From Antedon mediterranea (Eukaryota; Animalia; Echinodermata), in contig NC_092672.1 of assembly GCF_964355755.1 (NCBI RefSeq), forward strand, positions 33,052,437 through 33,116,436: a stretch of DNA of 64,000 nt, read 5' to 3'. A program made the position numbers and the translations under genes. Positions 26,520 to 38,660 of this stretch are shown piece by piece. How positions within the stretch are numbered: the stretch's first letter is position 1; the number at the start of each line of letters is the position of its first letter. Under the pieces are notes generated by a model, which worked only from the letters and a program-made list of their open reading frames with translations, was not told the origin of the DNA and did no database searches.

Positions 26520-28091
26520 AGAAGAATTTTTTTAATTTATACTTTATTTTATTTCAACTCATAACTGTTGTATGATAAAAATTATCATTAACAAACTATC
26601 CTAAAATATACAAAAATGATTCTGGTAGAGTTATAAAACATTAAAAGTGTAATTTTAACTGAATGAATCTCTTTGGTATATTTTGGAGAACTGAGAAACA
26701 TGTAACCTAATACAATTATGCAGCACGAATTTAAACATAAATACGATAACATTTAAAAAGACTAGATAGAAGTTAAATGCTGATAAAATAAATAAATATA
26801 TATACTGTAATTATTATGCACTATACAATATTTACACTACCATGATGAAAGCTATACGGCAATATAACTGGAACAAATACTGGTTTATAAACTTATTTAA
26901 ATTAGTTTGGATTAAGTAATTTCCAATAAAATGGAAATTGAATATAAAAACAAAACAGAAACCAGCCACCTGCTGAAATTTCTTAAATTTTTGTTTTTAA
27001 ATAGCACCTATATTATTATTATTGAAATTAATCCTAGACAAACAAATCTAATTATTATAATATTATTAAATAAAATCAAATATATCATATAGTTCTATAA
27101 CTTATTTACATAGCACACATATTAAACTTGATATAAATTGGCGTAGTAAATGCACATGAAAGTTGGTTCACAACAGTAAGCAGACATTCTGGCTTGATAC
27201 GGTATGCTGACTAATTGAGGTGATCAAACGCTGGCATCCAAACACCTGCAAAATAAAATGAAAATATTACAGTATCATTGTATACTTCCTTTATAGGTTT
27301 ATTTTAGTACATCTGGTGAGCTTGGTACCATCGATTTCTGGCCGAGTGTTGAACACTCCAGCTGGCCTAGCAACAGCATAATAGCCTGAGCAGGAGCCGG
27401 CTGACTGGCTCTTCTCTGACTAGCTGCTAGGCCTAGATAGTATGCTCTACAGCTGGGACTAGGCCTAGGTGCATATAATAAAAAAAATTACAAATTTAGT
27501 TCCAATAGCATAGGGTAATTACTAATACTTATAGTTCAATCCGTACGAAATAACTATATAGGAAACTTCTAAACAGATCGGCCTAGCTAGCCCTAGTGGA
27601 CAGTTGATCCGCCCTACTACTAGTTACAGTAGGCCGGCCCTATTTCTATATACAGACCGAAATCTCAATGTATTTTATTCAGTTTATAATTACAAATTTC
27701 CCCAAAATATAACTTCAAATAACATTATAATTGCGTGATAATCAATAAATAGTCGATCAAAACCTAATATGTCAAACCAAAGCCCCGTGATTGGTAAAGA
27801 TTGATCTGTTAAAGCACAGGCGCTATCTACGATATAGCTAAGGAATACATACAAAGATGGCGGCGGCCCGAAAAAAGTGACTGCTCAACTTGCACTAAAT
27901 TTTAATAGTTCTCATGAATGAACAGAGCCAAATCTTTCTCAGAATATGTATTATATGTGTATTGAACACATACTAGAATGTTATTAATTTTGGCTTGTGA
28001 AGAAAAAATCGGCTGGTTTGTTTCAAACCAAAACAAACCAGAATCAAAACTTACCTCATGTGAGCCCTCGACAGCTACGATTTCGAAAAAT
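26520..28091 (-). ncRNA. Candidate two-exon non-coding or micropeptide transcript (exon 1 ~28091-28055, exon 2 from 27245)
   Basis: TATAAAAA 28122-28115, Inr-like CCATTTT at 28091, donor AG|GTAAGT, acceptor ttttattttgcag|, AATAAA 26548-26543; spliced ATG frame is only MRCLDASV*. Confidence 0.5.
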
Positions 28092-28114
28092 GGACGCCGA
28101 TTTAAATGTCCGTC

Positions 28115-28315
28115 TTTTTATACGAAAAATAGTCGGCGGGAAGATTCTTTCTATATTTGGTAAGCCTTTACCATATTTGGCAAGTGAATTAGGTTCCTGA
28201 TTGGTGAAATTTTACTGGATTTCTGAAGGCTCTTCCATGCAAAAATTCATCGCGGTTCGTCGCTAAGTGTAAACAATTTCTACTTCCTGGTATAAAAATG
28301 GCGCATGCGCAGGGG
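28115..28315. promoter_or_regulatory. Motif-dense core promoter, possibly bidirectional
   Basis: TATA (minus 28115-28122; plus 28291-28298), E2F-like GGCGGGAA 28135-28142, CCAAT 28199-28204, ETS ACTTCCTG 28282-28289, YY1-like AAAATGGCG and NRF1-like GCGCATGCGC at 28301. Confidence 0.6.
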
Positions 28316-28587
28316 AAAATTAGCGATTTAACGGTCATTTGAGCACTCTGCGTCTCGACTGTATTAGAGTAGTAGATAAATTATAGGAGTAAATTTGAGA
28401 ATATATTTTCAAACTACTGATTATTACTATTTAACATCATTTTCTTATGTTCTTAATTCAATATTATTTTTTTCTTGTTTGGGATGACTCTATTCATGGG
28501 GCCCTCTATTATGGGGACACTTCTTGTGAAATGAACAGTTTACTACTATAGCCAATCACGATTCAGGGAACAATCTATTGAGGGATC

Positions 28588-29100
28588 ATCATATTATTAC
28601 AGGACACCATAATGTTAGGGGACACCATATTATTAGGGGACACCATATTATTAGGGGACACCATACTTTATTATAAGGGGACACCATATTATTACAGGAC
28701 ACCATAATGTTAGGGGACACCATAATGTTAGGGGACACCATAATGTTAGGGGACACCATATTATTAGGGGACACCATATTATTAGGGGACACCATATTAT
28801 TAGGGGACACCATATTATTAGGGGACACCATATTTTATTATAAGGGGACACCATATTATTACAGGACACCATAATGTTAGGGGACACCATAATGTTAGGG
28901 GACACCATATTTTATTATAAGGGGACACCATATTTTATTATAAGGAGACACCATATTATTACAGGACACCATATTATTACAGGACACCATATTTTATTAT
29001 AAGGGGACACCATATTATTACAGGACACCATAATGTTAGGGGACACCATATTATTACAGGACACCATATTATTACAGGACACCATATTATTACAGGACAC
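28588..29100. repeat. ~20-bp minisatellite (ggggacaccatattatta), ~25 copies
   Basis: Visible tandem array with 19-22-bp variants. Confidence 0.95.
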
Positions 29101-30053
29101 CTTTATTTACTGTACAGTAATACTACTACTACTAGTATCCAGCATTTGGTCAACCTCTTTCTACAGTACAGCGTACATTAATTTACAAAGTACAGTATGA
29201 TATATTTTAGCTTGGTTTTTATTGAACTCTTATCAATCTGTCCTCATGAAGAATGGAAGCTTTTTACTGGTTGCAACTGCCTAGGGCATTCCTTATGTTG
29301 ATGATTATTGTGCAATACGGTAACTTAATAAAGTTTAAATACTTTGATATACAGTACATACTGGTACTGTTGCACTTTGTATTTTTATTAGTGTATTATT
29401 AAAGTGTAGCATGGATGCCATAAGAGTTACAAGATATTAAAATGAATTAAGTATAAAATAAATATGAATAAAAAAAACTTTTTGCCTTTTAATGTCAGAA
29501 TTATTCTACTGTAGTAGTAACTGTTTTACTGCAGTAAGTTGGTTATTTGACCCTTCTAAAAATATCTACAGGTATCGTCATTTTGAATATGTATTCTATA
29601 TTTTTGGGGATATCATTGGTAATTAATTGCAATGGCCATTGGTATCATAAGCTTCTAAACTTCGAAACAAAATAAAATGATACATGAGTAATTTTTTTGC
29701 AGTGTAACGCTCTCAATTCTAGTGAAATTAAAATTCTGAACTCCTTTTGAACTCAAAAGAGCTTTTCTTCTAGTACAGTCAACTCTCTCAATACTGGACA
29801 TCCTTTGGGCTAGCCAAATATCTGGTTCATGGATTATACCCTTTGTGGAGAGAGGTATTCTGGGGTAGCACTAACATTTCATTTTGTTTAGCCATTTGGC
29901 GAAAGTCAAAATATTTTTTTTAGTCAAATCAGTTTATCTATAGCCAAAATGGCTAAAGTCAAATTTTTTTATTTAGCCAAATGAATCGGTTTTTAGCCAA
30001 AAATTTAAAATTGTTGAAATATAATGGTAAAAACATTTTAGTCAATTTATCTA

Positions 30054-30775
30054 CGCCGTGGTTAGGATTCCGGCACCGGAACTCAACTGCCCAGCGTTAA
30101 GGAATCCGACACGCTATTGCGCATGCCCAGAGCGAGGTAATCGGCGACTCTATACATATCAACAGCGATGGATCATTTCATAGCTGCGCCACACGGCGAA
30201 CTAGCCTAGATGTCTACTAATACAGGATCCACTAATCTAGGCTAGGGCTAACAGTTAGACGTGACCAGTGGGTCTATTTATTTTGTAATTAAAAAGTGGT
30301 TGCTTCATTCATATATAAACTTCATATCATTATGAATTATATAATTACATGACTAGTTTTATGATTTTTCATAACGCATTATACTGTACATAACAACATG
30401 CAATCACAAGTTGATTTGTTGACGGCAGCCACCGCGTGGATGTGAAAAAACTGTTCGGGAAGTCAGGGTCGCAACGCTAAAAGCAGCATTACGATTCTTA
30501 GATAGATACTGATACTTATTAATATCATTATAATTATTTTAATGCGTGGCGTAGTCGTATTTTAATTATTAATTCATGTATGGCATAGGCCAAGTTTCAT
30601 CCATCGCTCTCTCGCTCGCGCAACGACTATCTAGGCTACAGTAAATCCCTATAACACTCCGACTCTCGATGGTGTGGTGTGTTATATAAGTGCAAGCTAT
30701 GGGCATGCGCAATAGCGTGTCGGATTCCCTAACGGTGGGCAGTTGAGTTCCGGTGCCGGAATCCTAACCACGGCG
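30054..30775. mobile_element. Mutator-like non-autonomous element, 9-bp TSD
   Basis: ~75-bp TIR cgccgtggttaggattccggcaccggaactcaactgccc...; ATTTATCTA at 30045-30053 and 30776-30784. Confidence 0.88.
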
Positions 30776-30854
30776 ATTTATCTATGTCAACATGTCTATA
30801 CACTGTTCCCTGAACGTTTTTGTAAGGCATTGAGATGGAGAACCATGCCTATTA

Positions 30855-31035
30855 AGGGTCTTTCACACCTGTTCCAGCACGGTTCCAGTCCGGCGCCGGA
30901 AAATCCAATCGAACGTCAATGTTTCGTTTTCACGCGGCTACGAGCATATCGATTGGCGCATAGCCGCGTGAAAACGAAACATTGATGTTCGATTCGCCGG
31001 ACCGGAACCGTGCCGGAACAGGTGTGAAAGACCCT
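30855..31035. mobile_element. Palindromic Harbinger-like MITE
   Basis: agggtctttcacacctgttcc / ggaacaggtgtgaaagaccct with TA-containing flanks; almost entirely self-complementary. Confidence 0.8.
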
Positions 31036-32237
31036 TAAATCACTGTATGATTTAAAAAAAAATGTTTGTATTTGTTTTATTAAGATCAAAACAATTGTTC
31101 AAATTGTTTTTAATCATACAGCATTCATACAGTTATCAATTTAATAAGAAACATTTTCTGAAATCCCCTGAACGCTATGTTACTTTTGTTTTTTTACGCT
31201 TGGCTGGTCATGTTTGTGGATGGCTTCCAGGCGAAAATCGTGTCCTAGACTTCACGGTCACTCAGCGTCACCGCCGCGCAGCGGGTTAATGTTTTTAATA
31301 AATTGGGTATGCTCAAGAGGTGCGAAAGTGCAGTACCGCCCCGCCGGCCTACAAAATTATGTACGACGGTATGTCGTATGCTAAAAATATTGAGGAAAAT
31401 TCCCTCGTATCGTTGTTGAACCTAAGATAATATAAGCCAAAGCACAGAGTACACGTCTTTCCATCCCTCAAGGCTGCGCCGAAGCGTTTCTGTCAGGGCG
31501 AGAAATTTATACCAGAGGGGGAGTTGTATTTTACAACTCCCTGTTTATACAGTCGTCCCGATTATTTATTTACACAACAACACAGAAGCCGAGGAAAGTT
31601 TATTACGGGTAAAATATGAAACTACAGGTACATTAAATTGGAAGAGTCTAAAATGCATAACGCATAAATTGTTGATTTCGATAAGATTAAGACGTCATTC
31701 ATCATCGAAGATACTATAATGTTTCTTTTTAATCGGAAAAGTACACCCCTATCGAAAAATAGACAATCCCGGTAATTAGCCGACCGTCGGCTATCGTAGT
31801 CGTTTGTGCAGCGCACAACACGTGATAGTTTGGGTAGACTTCATCATCCATGTGTCGTGTAACGTCTGTCTCTCTATGCAGTCTACCTCTGCTATCTCCA
31901 TCATATTGAAATAACAAAGAGACGCCTGGTACAACAAAACAAGTTGACGAAAAATGGAGCTTGAAGTAAAACAACGTGATAACGAACAAAATAAATCCTT
32001 GGAGATCGAAAAATGGACCTTTTAGTTGGACTTTATGCTTTCGCCAAAATGATTATTTGATTATCTATTTTATCATATGACATCGCCAAAATGGCTAAAG
32101 TAGCCGTTTTATTTTTTGCCAATCTGGAAACGTTTTCGCCCATGGCGACTTGGCGATCGGCCAGTGCGAGCCTAGGTATTTAATGAAAATGTATACTTTT
32201 AAAGGTATATCTCGCTCTTCGAGGAAAACGGGCTATT

Positions 32238-32444
32238 CAGGCCTTGTCTTTTAAGGCGAGTGAGTGCAATCACTCACCTACAGTAACACACTCCTAAACT
32301 ATCCTTGAGGAGTGCGATTTACAACACGCCTTAATTTGGTAAACTTCTACACACAAAAATACAAACAGCACACCTACAGCACTCCTGAATGTATTGAGGA
32401 GTGCAATTTGTAGCACACCTATGATTTTCAAAAGACAAGGCCTG
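32238..32444. mobile_element. hAT-like MITE with 6-bp TSD
   Basis: TIR caggccttgtctttt / aaaagacaaggcctg; GCTATT at 32232-32237 and 32445-32450. Confidence 0.8.
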
Positions 32445-32979
32445 GCTATTGTCTGTTTATCTAGGTAAGCTGCACGAAATAGACATCTGGTTTTCTTAGA
32501 AATCTGGTATTTGTAATGTATTTTTAATGGTGAAACAAAAATTTGGGAACCTTGTGGATGAATCTCAAGAAAAGTATGTTTTTTTTTTGGTTTTCATAAA
32601 GTTATATGTCTATTCATATTAGACAGTTATATACCTCTTTGGAAGTACGTACTGTATTTCTAATACAACCTATTGCAAGTAGTAATTGTACAGTTATGTA
32701 TTTAAACGAAGACGAATTAAATTAAATCAAATCAAGTGTTTATATAGTTTCCAATTAAGTCATGGCATTTCGATTTGATGATCAAATGTCTAAACATTTT
32801 GAAATTAATTGTCAGGAATCTACCTGCAATGCTATTGATTGCTAACCATAAAAGATGATTGATCGGCATTAATTAAAGTTTAAGCTTTAATTGATTGAAA
32901 TAAAATGAAAATAGAGACAACCTATTATTACTGTACACTCACTGCTCTGTTTACATTACTGATAATACAGTACAACTGC

Positions 32980-33610
32980 TGCCTATTCAGGGGACACCTC
33001 TATTAAGGGTGCACTCTGGTGGGTCCATCATCTGGGACATCATCCCTATTCAATGGAAACCCATTATAAAGGAACACTTTGATGAATCTCTCGTTAAGAA
33101 ACATCTGTATCCAGGGGACACTCCTATTATTAAGGGGACACTTTGGTGGGTCCCTAATTTGGGACATTCCTATTCAGGGGACACTCCTATTCGGGGGACA
33201 CTTTTGTGGTTCCCTCATTTGGGACATCCCTACAGTATTCATTGGAAACCCCTACTATTCTAGGAGACACTTTGGTGGTTCCCTCGTTTAGGACACTTCT
33301 ATTCATGGGAAATTTTGGTGGTTCCCTCATTTGGGACAACTCTATTCAGGGGAAAACCCTATTAAAGGGACACTTTAGTAGTTCCCTCATTTGGGACATC
33401 CCTATTCATGGGATACCCCTACTATTCTTAAGGAGACACTTTGGCTGGTCCCTCATTTTAGACATGTCTATTCAGGAGACACTTTGGTGGGTCCCTCTTT
33501 TGGTAAATACCTATTCAGGGGACACATTGGTGGGTCCCTCATTTTAGACATCTCTATTCAGGGGACACTTATGTGGGTCCCTTTTTTGGTAATACCAATT
33601 CAGGGGACAC
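32980..33610. repeat. Degenerate tandem array of ctattcaggggacac / ggtccctcatttgggaca units
   Basis: About ten diverged units visible by eye. Confidence 0.8.
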
Positions 33611-33669
33611 CCACTATACACTTTCACATGAAATGAATAAGATGCGGCAATACAGTATGTTTTACCACT

Positions 33670-34920
33670 ATGGTCAACCGTATACAGGAGACACACCTAT
33701 TAAAGGGACACATTTTAAAGTCACAAATGTGTCCATGGTCAACCGTATACAGGAGACACACCTATTAAAGGGACACATTTTAAAGTCACAAATGTGTCCA
33801 TGGTCAACCATATCCAGGAGACACACCTATTAAAGGGACACATTTTTAAGTCACAAATGTGTCCATGGTCAACCGTATACAGGAGACACACCTATTAAAA
33901 GGACACATTTTAAAGTCACAAATGTGTCCATGGTCAACCATATCCAGGAGACACACCTATTAAAGGGACACATTTTTAAGTCACAAATGTGTCCATGGTC
34001 AACAGTATACAGGAGACACACCTATTAAAGGGACACATTTTTAAGTCACAAATGTGTCCATGGTCAACCGTATACAGGAGACACACCTATTTAAAAGGGA
34101 CACATTTTTAAGTCACAAATGTGTCCATGGTCAACCATATCCAGGAGACACACCTATTAAAGGGACACATTTTTAAGTCACAAATGTGTCCATGGTCAAC
34201 CGTATACAGGAGACACACCTATTAAAGGGACACATTTTTAAGTCACAAATGTGTCCATGGTCAACCGTATACAGGAGACACACCTATTAAAGGGACACAT
34301 TTTAAAGTCACAAATGTGTCCATGGTCAACCATATCCAGGAGACACACCTATTAAAGGGACACATTTTTAAGTCACAAATGTGTCCATGGTCAACCGTAT
34401 ACAGGAGACACACCTATTTAAAAGGGACACATTTTAAAGTCACAAATGTGTCCATGGTCAACCATATCCAGGAGACACACCTATTAAAGGGACACATTTT
34501 TAAGTCACAAATGTGTCCATGGTCAACCGTATACAGGAGACACACCTATTTAAAAGGGACACATTTTAAAGTCACAAATGTGTCCATGGTCAACCATATC
34601 CAGGAGACACACCTATTAAAGGGACACATTTTTAAGTCACAAATGTGTCCATGGTCAACCGTATACAGGAGACACACCTATTAAAGGGACACATTTTTAA
34701 GTCACAAATGTGTCCATGGTCAACCGTATACAGGAGACACACCTATTAATTAAAGGGACACATTTTTAAGTCACAAATGTGTCCATGGTCAACCGTATAC
34801 AGGTCAGAGACACACCTATTAAAGGGACACATTTTAAAGTCACAAATGTGTCCATGGTCAACCATATACCGAAGACACACCTATTAAAGGGACACATTTT
34901 TAAGTCACAAATGTGTCCCA
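33670..34920. repeat. 65-bp tandem repeat, ~19 near-identical copies
   Basis: Unit atggtcaaccgtatacaggagacacacctattaaagggacacattttaaagtcacaaatgtgtcc, period 65 (33670, 33735, ...). Confidence 0.95.
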
Positions 34921-35510
34921 TTAATATGGGTTCTAGTTCTACTGTAAAATGACCCTAACTTCTAATCTTTAATTTACTCACCTGTGCTATAGCAGCTACA
35001 CTCTACTAATATACAGTAGCAGCTACACTCTACTATAGCAGCTACAGTACTACAGTACTAGTCGGCAATAAATAGCAAAATAGCAGCTAACTGTAGTACT
35101 AATAGCTGTAGGAGAAGCTATAGTAGAGCAGTTAATGACATGAGCTGTGCATTTTATTACCAAAGCATGAAACTTGGCACAAAGTTTCTATAATGTATAT
35201 AGATTCAAAATATCGGGGGGTGCCAAGTGTCCAACGTCCGGTATGGCGGCCATCTTGATTTCAAAATGGCCACCATAAAAACAAAAAACGTTCATATCTT
35301 GGCAACTATACACATTAGAGACTTAATTCTGGTCTCAAATTGTTCACAAACTATATATTTCTATTTGCTCTAATGAAAATTTTCGTCCAAAAATGACCGG
35401 AAATGACGTTTCTTTCAGTTTGACCTTTGACCTCGTATTTGTATATCTCTGTAACTACTGGTCATTTTCAATCGATTTTGGTGTCATTTTGTTCAGAATA
35501 AATACATTTA

Positions 35511-35685
35511 CAGGGAAAATTTTCATTTAAAAATTTTGTTTAGCAATATTGCTAATCAAACTGATTTTTAAGTCCAGAAACATAGTTTTGTATTGTATTT
35601 TTTGCTACACAATTTTCAAAATGTGTAGCAATAAGGTTGTTTTGTATAGCTTTTTGCTACGCTACACTGGCGAAAATGTTCCCTG
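35511..35685. mobile_element. hAT-like MITE with 5-bp TSD inside the left Academ TIR
   Basis: cagggaaaatttt / aaaatgttccctg termini, ATTTA duplicated; the right TIR shows the empty site with one ATTTA. Confidence 0.8.
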
Positions 35686-36367
35686 ATTTATATTTGTAGT
35701 AATGAAACATTTTCACATAAAATGACCGGAAATACAATTTATGACCTTTGACATTTAATTATTGATTTTTAATTATGTGAATATACTGTATGTGGTTTTT
35801 GGTGGTCTTAAATGCACCTATTTTTAAACTTTGACCTGATAGGCATAATTATATTAAATGATTAATGGACTTCAAGATTCAAGATTCAAGAAATTTTATT
35901 TGTCCATAAAAATGGAAATTCACTTTGCTTGGTAGATTAAAACAACAGTATTGCAACAATTTATTGCAATAAACAACAGTATTGCAATACTTAAATTGTA
36001 TAGTACATAAAATTGGTAAACATTGTGCTTGGTGGTACGTCATTCATAGTTCAATGATGTTGGCACCTTCTGATTCGCTAAAAGTTTTAATAGTTTGACA
36101 GAGGAAATAACATACATGTTATGGAATACCGTAAAACCTCGAAAAGGTGATAGTATGAGCTTCTTTTCGAGATAGACTGTATTTGAATGTCAAATGAATA
36201 GTATGATGATCGTGTTTATATCAATATATTATTAATGACCTTACAAAGAACCCTTTATATTTCAACAATCAAGCCTCAGTTATTCTACAATTTATTGTTT
36301 TCCAAGTGGCTGGTAGGCCTATTTTGATTGCATCTTCTTTTTGTAGGCCTATGCTTCCTCGGTAATA

Positions 36368-38100
36368 TGGTCCTACCCCTCCTTCTTTGTCTGTAGATGG
36401 TCTTATACCCCATTCTTTGTCTGTGGATGGTCTTATACCCCCCTTCCTTGTCTGTGGATAGTCTTATACCCGCTTCTTTGTCTGTGGATGGTCTTATACC
36501 CGCTTCTTTGTCTGTGGATGGTCTTATACCCCCCTTCTTTGTCTGTGGATGGTCTTGCTTCTTTGTCTGTGGATGGTCTTGCTTCTTTGTCTGTGGATGG
36601 TCTTACACCCCTTTCTTTGTATGTAGATGGTCTTACACCCCCTTCTTTGTCTGTGGATAGTCCTACACCCCCTTCTTTGTCTGTGGATGGTCTTATACCC
36701 CCCTTCTTTGTCTGTGGATGGTCTTGAACCCCTTTCTTTGTCTGTGGACGGTCTTATACCCCCTTTTTTTGTCTGTTGATGGTATTAAACCCCTTTCTTT
36801 GTCTGTTGATGGTATTACACCCCTTTCTATGTGTGTGGATGGTTTTACACCCCTTCTTTGTCTGTGGATGGTCTTACACCTCCTTCTTTCTCTGTGGATG
36901 GTCTTATACCCCCTTCTTAGTCTGTGGATGGTCTTATATCCCCTTCTTTGTCTGTAGATGGTATTATATCTCCTTCTTTGTCTGTAGATGGTCTTATAAT
37001 CCTTGAACCCCTTTCTTTGTCTGTGGACGGTCTTATACCCCCTTTTTTGTCTGTTGATGGTATTAAACCCCTTTCTTTGTCTGTTGATGGTATTACACCC
37101 CTTTCTATGTGTGTGGATGGTTTTACACCCCTTCTTTGTCTGTGGATGGTCATACACCTCCTTCTTTCTCTGTGGATGGTCTTATACCCCCTTCTTTGTC
37201 TGTGGATGGTCTTATATCCCCTTCTTTGTCTGTAGATGGTTTTATAATCCCTTCTTTGTGTGTGGATGGTCTTACACCCCCTTCTTTGTCTGTGGGTGGT
37301 CTTACATCCCCTTCTTTGTCTGTGGATTGTCCCGACACCCCTTCTTTGTCTGTGGATGGTCCTACATCACCTTCTTTGTCTGTGGATGGTCTTATACCTC
37401 CTTCTTTGTCTGTAAGTGGTCCTATACCCTTTCTTTGTCAGTGGGTGGTCTTACACCCCCTTCTTTGTCTGTGGACGGTCCTACACCCCCTTCTTTGTCT
37501 GTGGACGGTCTTACACCCCTTTCTTTGTCTGTGGACGGTCTTACACCCCTTCTGTGCCTGTGGATGGTCTTATATCCCCTTCCTTGTCTGTTGATGGTAT
37601 TACACCCCTTTCTTTGTCTGTTGATGGTATTACACCACTTTTTTTGTGTGTGGATGGTCTTACACCCCTTTCTTTGTGTGTGGATGGTCTTACACCCCTT
37701 CTTTGTCTGTGGATGGTCTTACACCCCCTTCTTTCTCTGTGGATGGCCTTACACCTCTTTATTTGTCTGTGGACGGTCCTACATCCCTTTCTTCTTTGTC
37801 TGTGGATGGTCTTACACCCCCTTCTTTGTCTGTGGATGGTCCTACACCTCCTTCTTTGTCTGTAGATGGCCTTACACCCCTTTCTTTGTGTGTGGATGGT
37901 CTTATACCTCCTTCTTTGTCTGTGGATGGTCTTACACCCCCTTCTTTGTCTGTGGATGGTCTTACACCCCTTCTTTGTCTGTGGATAGTCTTATACCCCC
38001 TTCTTTGTCTGTGGATGGTCTTATACCCCCTTCTTTGTCTGTGATGGTCTTATACCCCTTCTTTGTCTGTGGATGGTCTTACATCCACTTCTTTGTCTGG
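36368..38100. repeat. ~30-bp minisatellite (ggatggtcttacacccccttctttgtctgt), ~58 copies
   Basis: Visible array; source of all repetitive ORFs at 36.4-38.1 kb. Confidence 0.95.
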
Positions 38101-38289
38101 ACCCACTACTTTGATTGATTAAATCAGACATTGTTTCTTGTATGATTAGGAGACCAGGACCTTGAAAGTCCACAAGTGGATGCCTAAAAAGGTCTTGTAC
38201 AGAACAGTATATTGTAGGTCCATGTCACTAATTTGAGAATTACTTGAATAATTATATTGAGATGTCTTTTACGAATTGATTTGGTTCGG

Positions 38290-38660
38290 ATTTTGCTAAA
38301 AAATCAATGAGTAGAGAAAATCGAGGAAAAGGATTCAGATGGTTTACAGCAAAGGCCCATTACCATAAAAATGGAGTACATTTTTTTAGATGCAACGAAA
38401 ATGAACAAGAATTATCTGAGTTTCTGACTAATGAAAGTAGGTCTACTGCACAAATGCAGGATAAGTTTGTAGTAAGTACTTTGAAAGACGGTATTCTCTT
38501 AACTCATGAAAATGAAAACTTTCCGAACTTGTCTCATATGCAACATCAAAGAGGCCAACGAAAGAATGCTACTTTACATCAAAAATATTTCAAAATGGCA
38601 TCTAACAATTCAATTCAACTTTTATTTCAGACAATTGTCCATATGGTATAATACAGTGCA
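38290..38660 (+). pseudogene. Frameshifted Academ-type transposase fragment
   Basis: Across frames: RENRGKG.R..., PLP*KWSTFFRCNENEQELSEFLTNE, and CNIKEANERMLLY, resembling the W..FL...NK..L..FL and HEEADTR.LLH motifs. Confidence 0.6.

Larger units (their letters stand above)
29860..32174. mobile_element. Old hAT-like element with nested insertions
   Basis: Degenerate TIRs (tggggtagcac / gtgcgagccta), GGTATT on both flanks, and subterminal gccaaaatggctaaagt repeats at both ends. Confidence 0.5.

Noticed and set aside
27440-27470. Minus-strand TAGTCCCAGCT resembling SRP/Alu RNA
   Set aside because: Short word only; no SRP helix-8 motif or Alu fold nearby.
27770-27800. Minus-strand ACCAATCACGGGGCT resembling RNase MRP CR-V
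   Set aside because: No matching GAAAGTCCCC CR-I upstream; better explained as a CCAAT box next to a YY1-like motif.
33670-34920. Regular repeats suggestive of a CRISPR array
   Set aside because: No unique spacers, no cas genes, eukaryotic context; the same applies to the other arrays.
36397-38118. Many overlapping ORFs up to 371 aa
   Set aside because: All come from a 30-bp minisatellite and are open in several frames on both strands.
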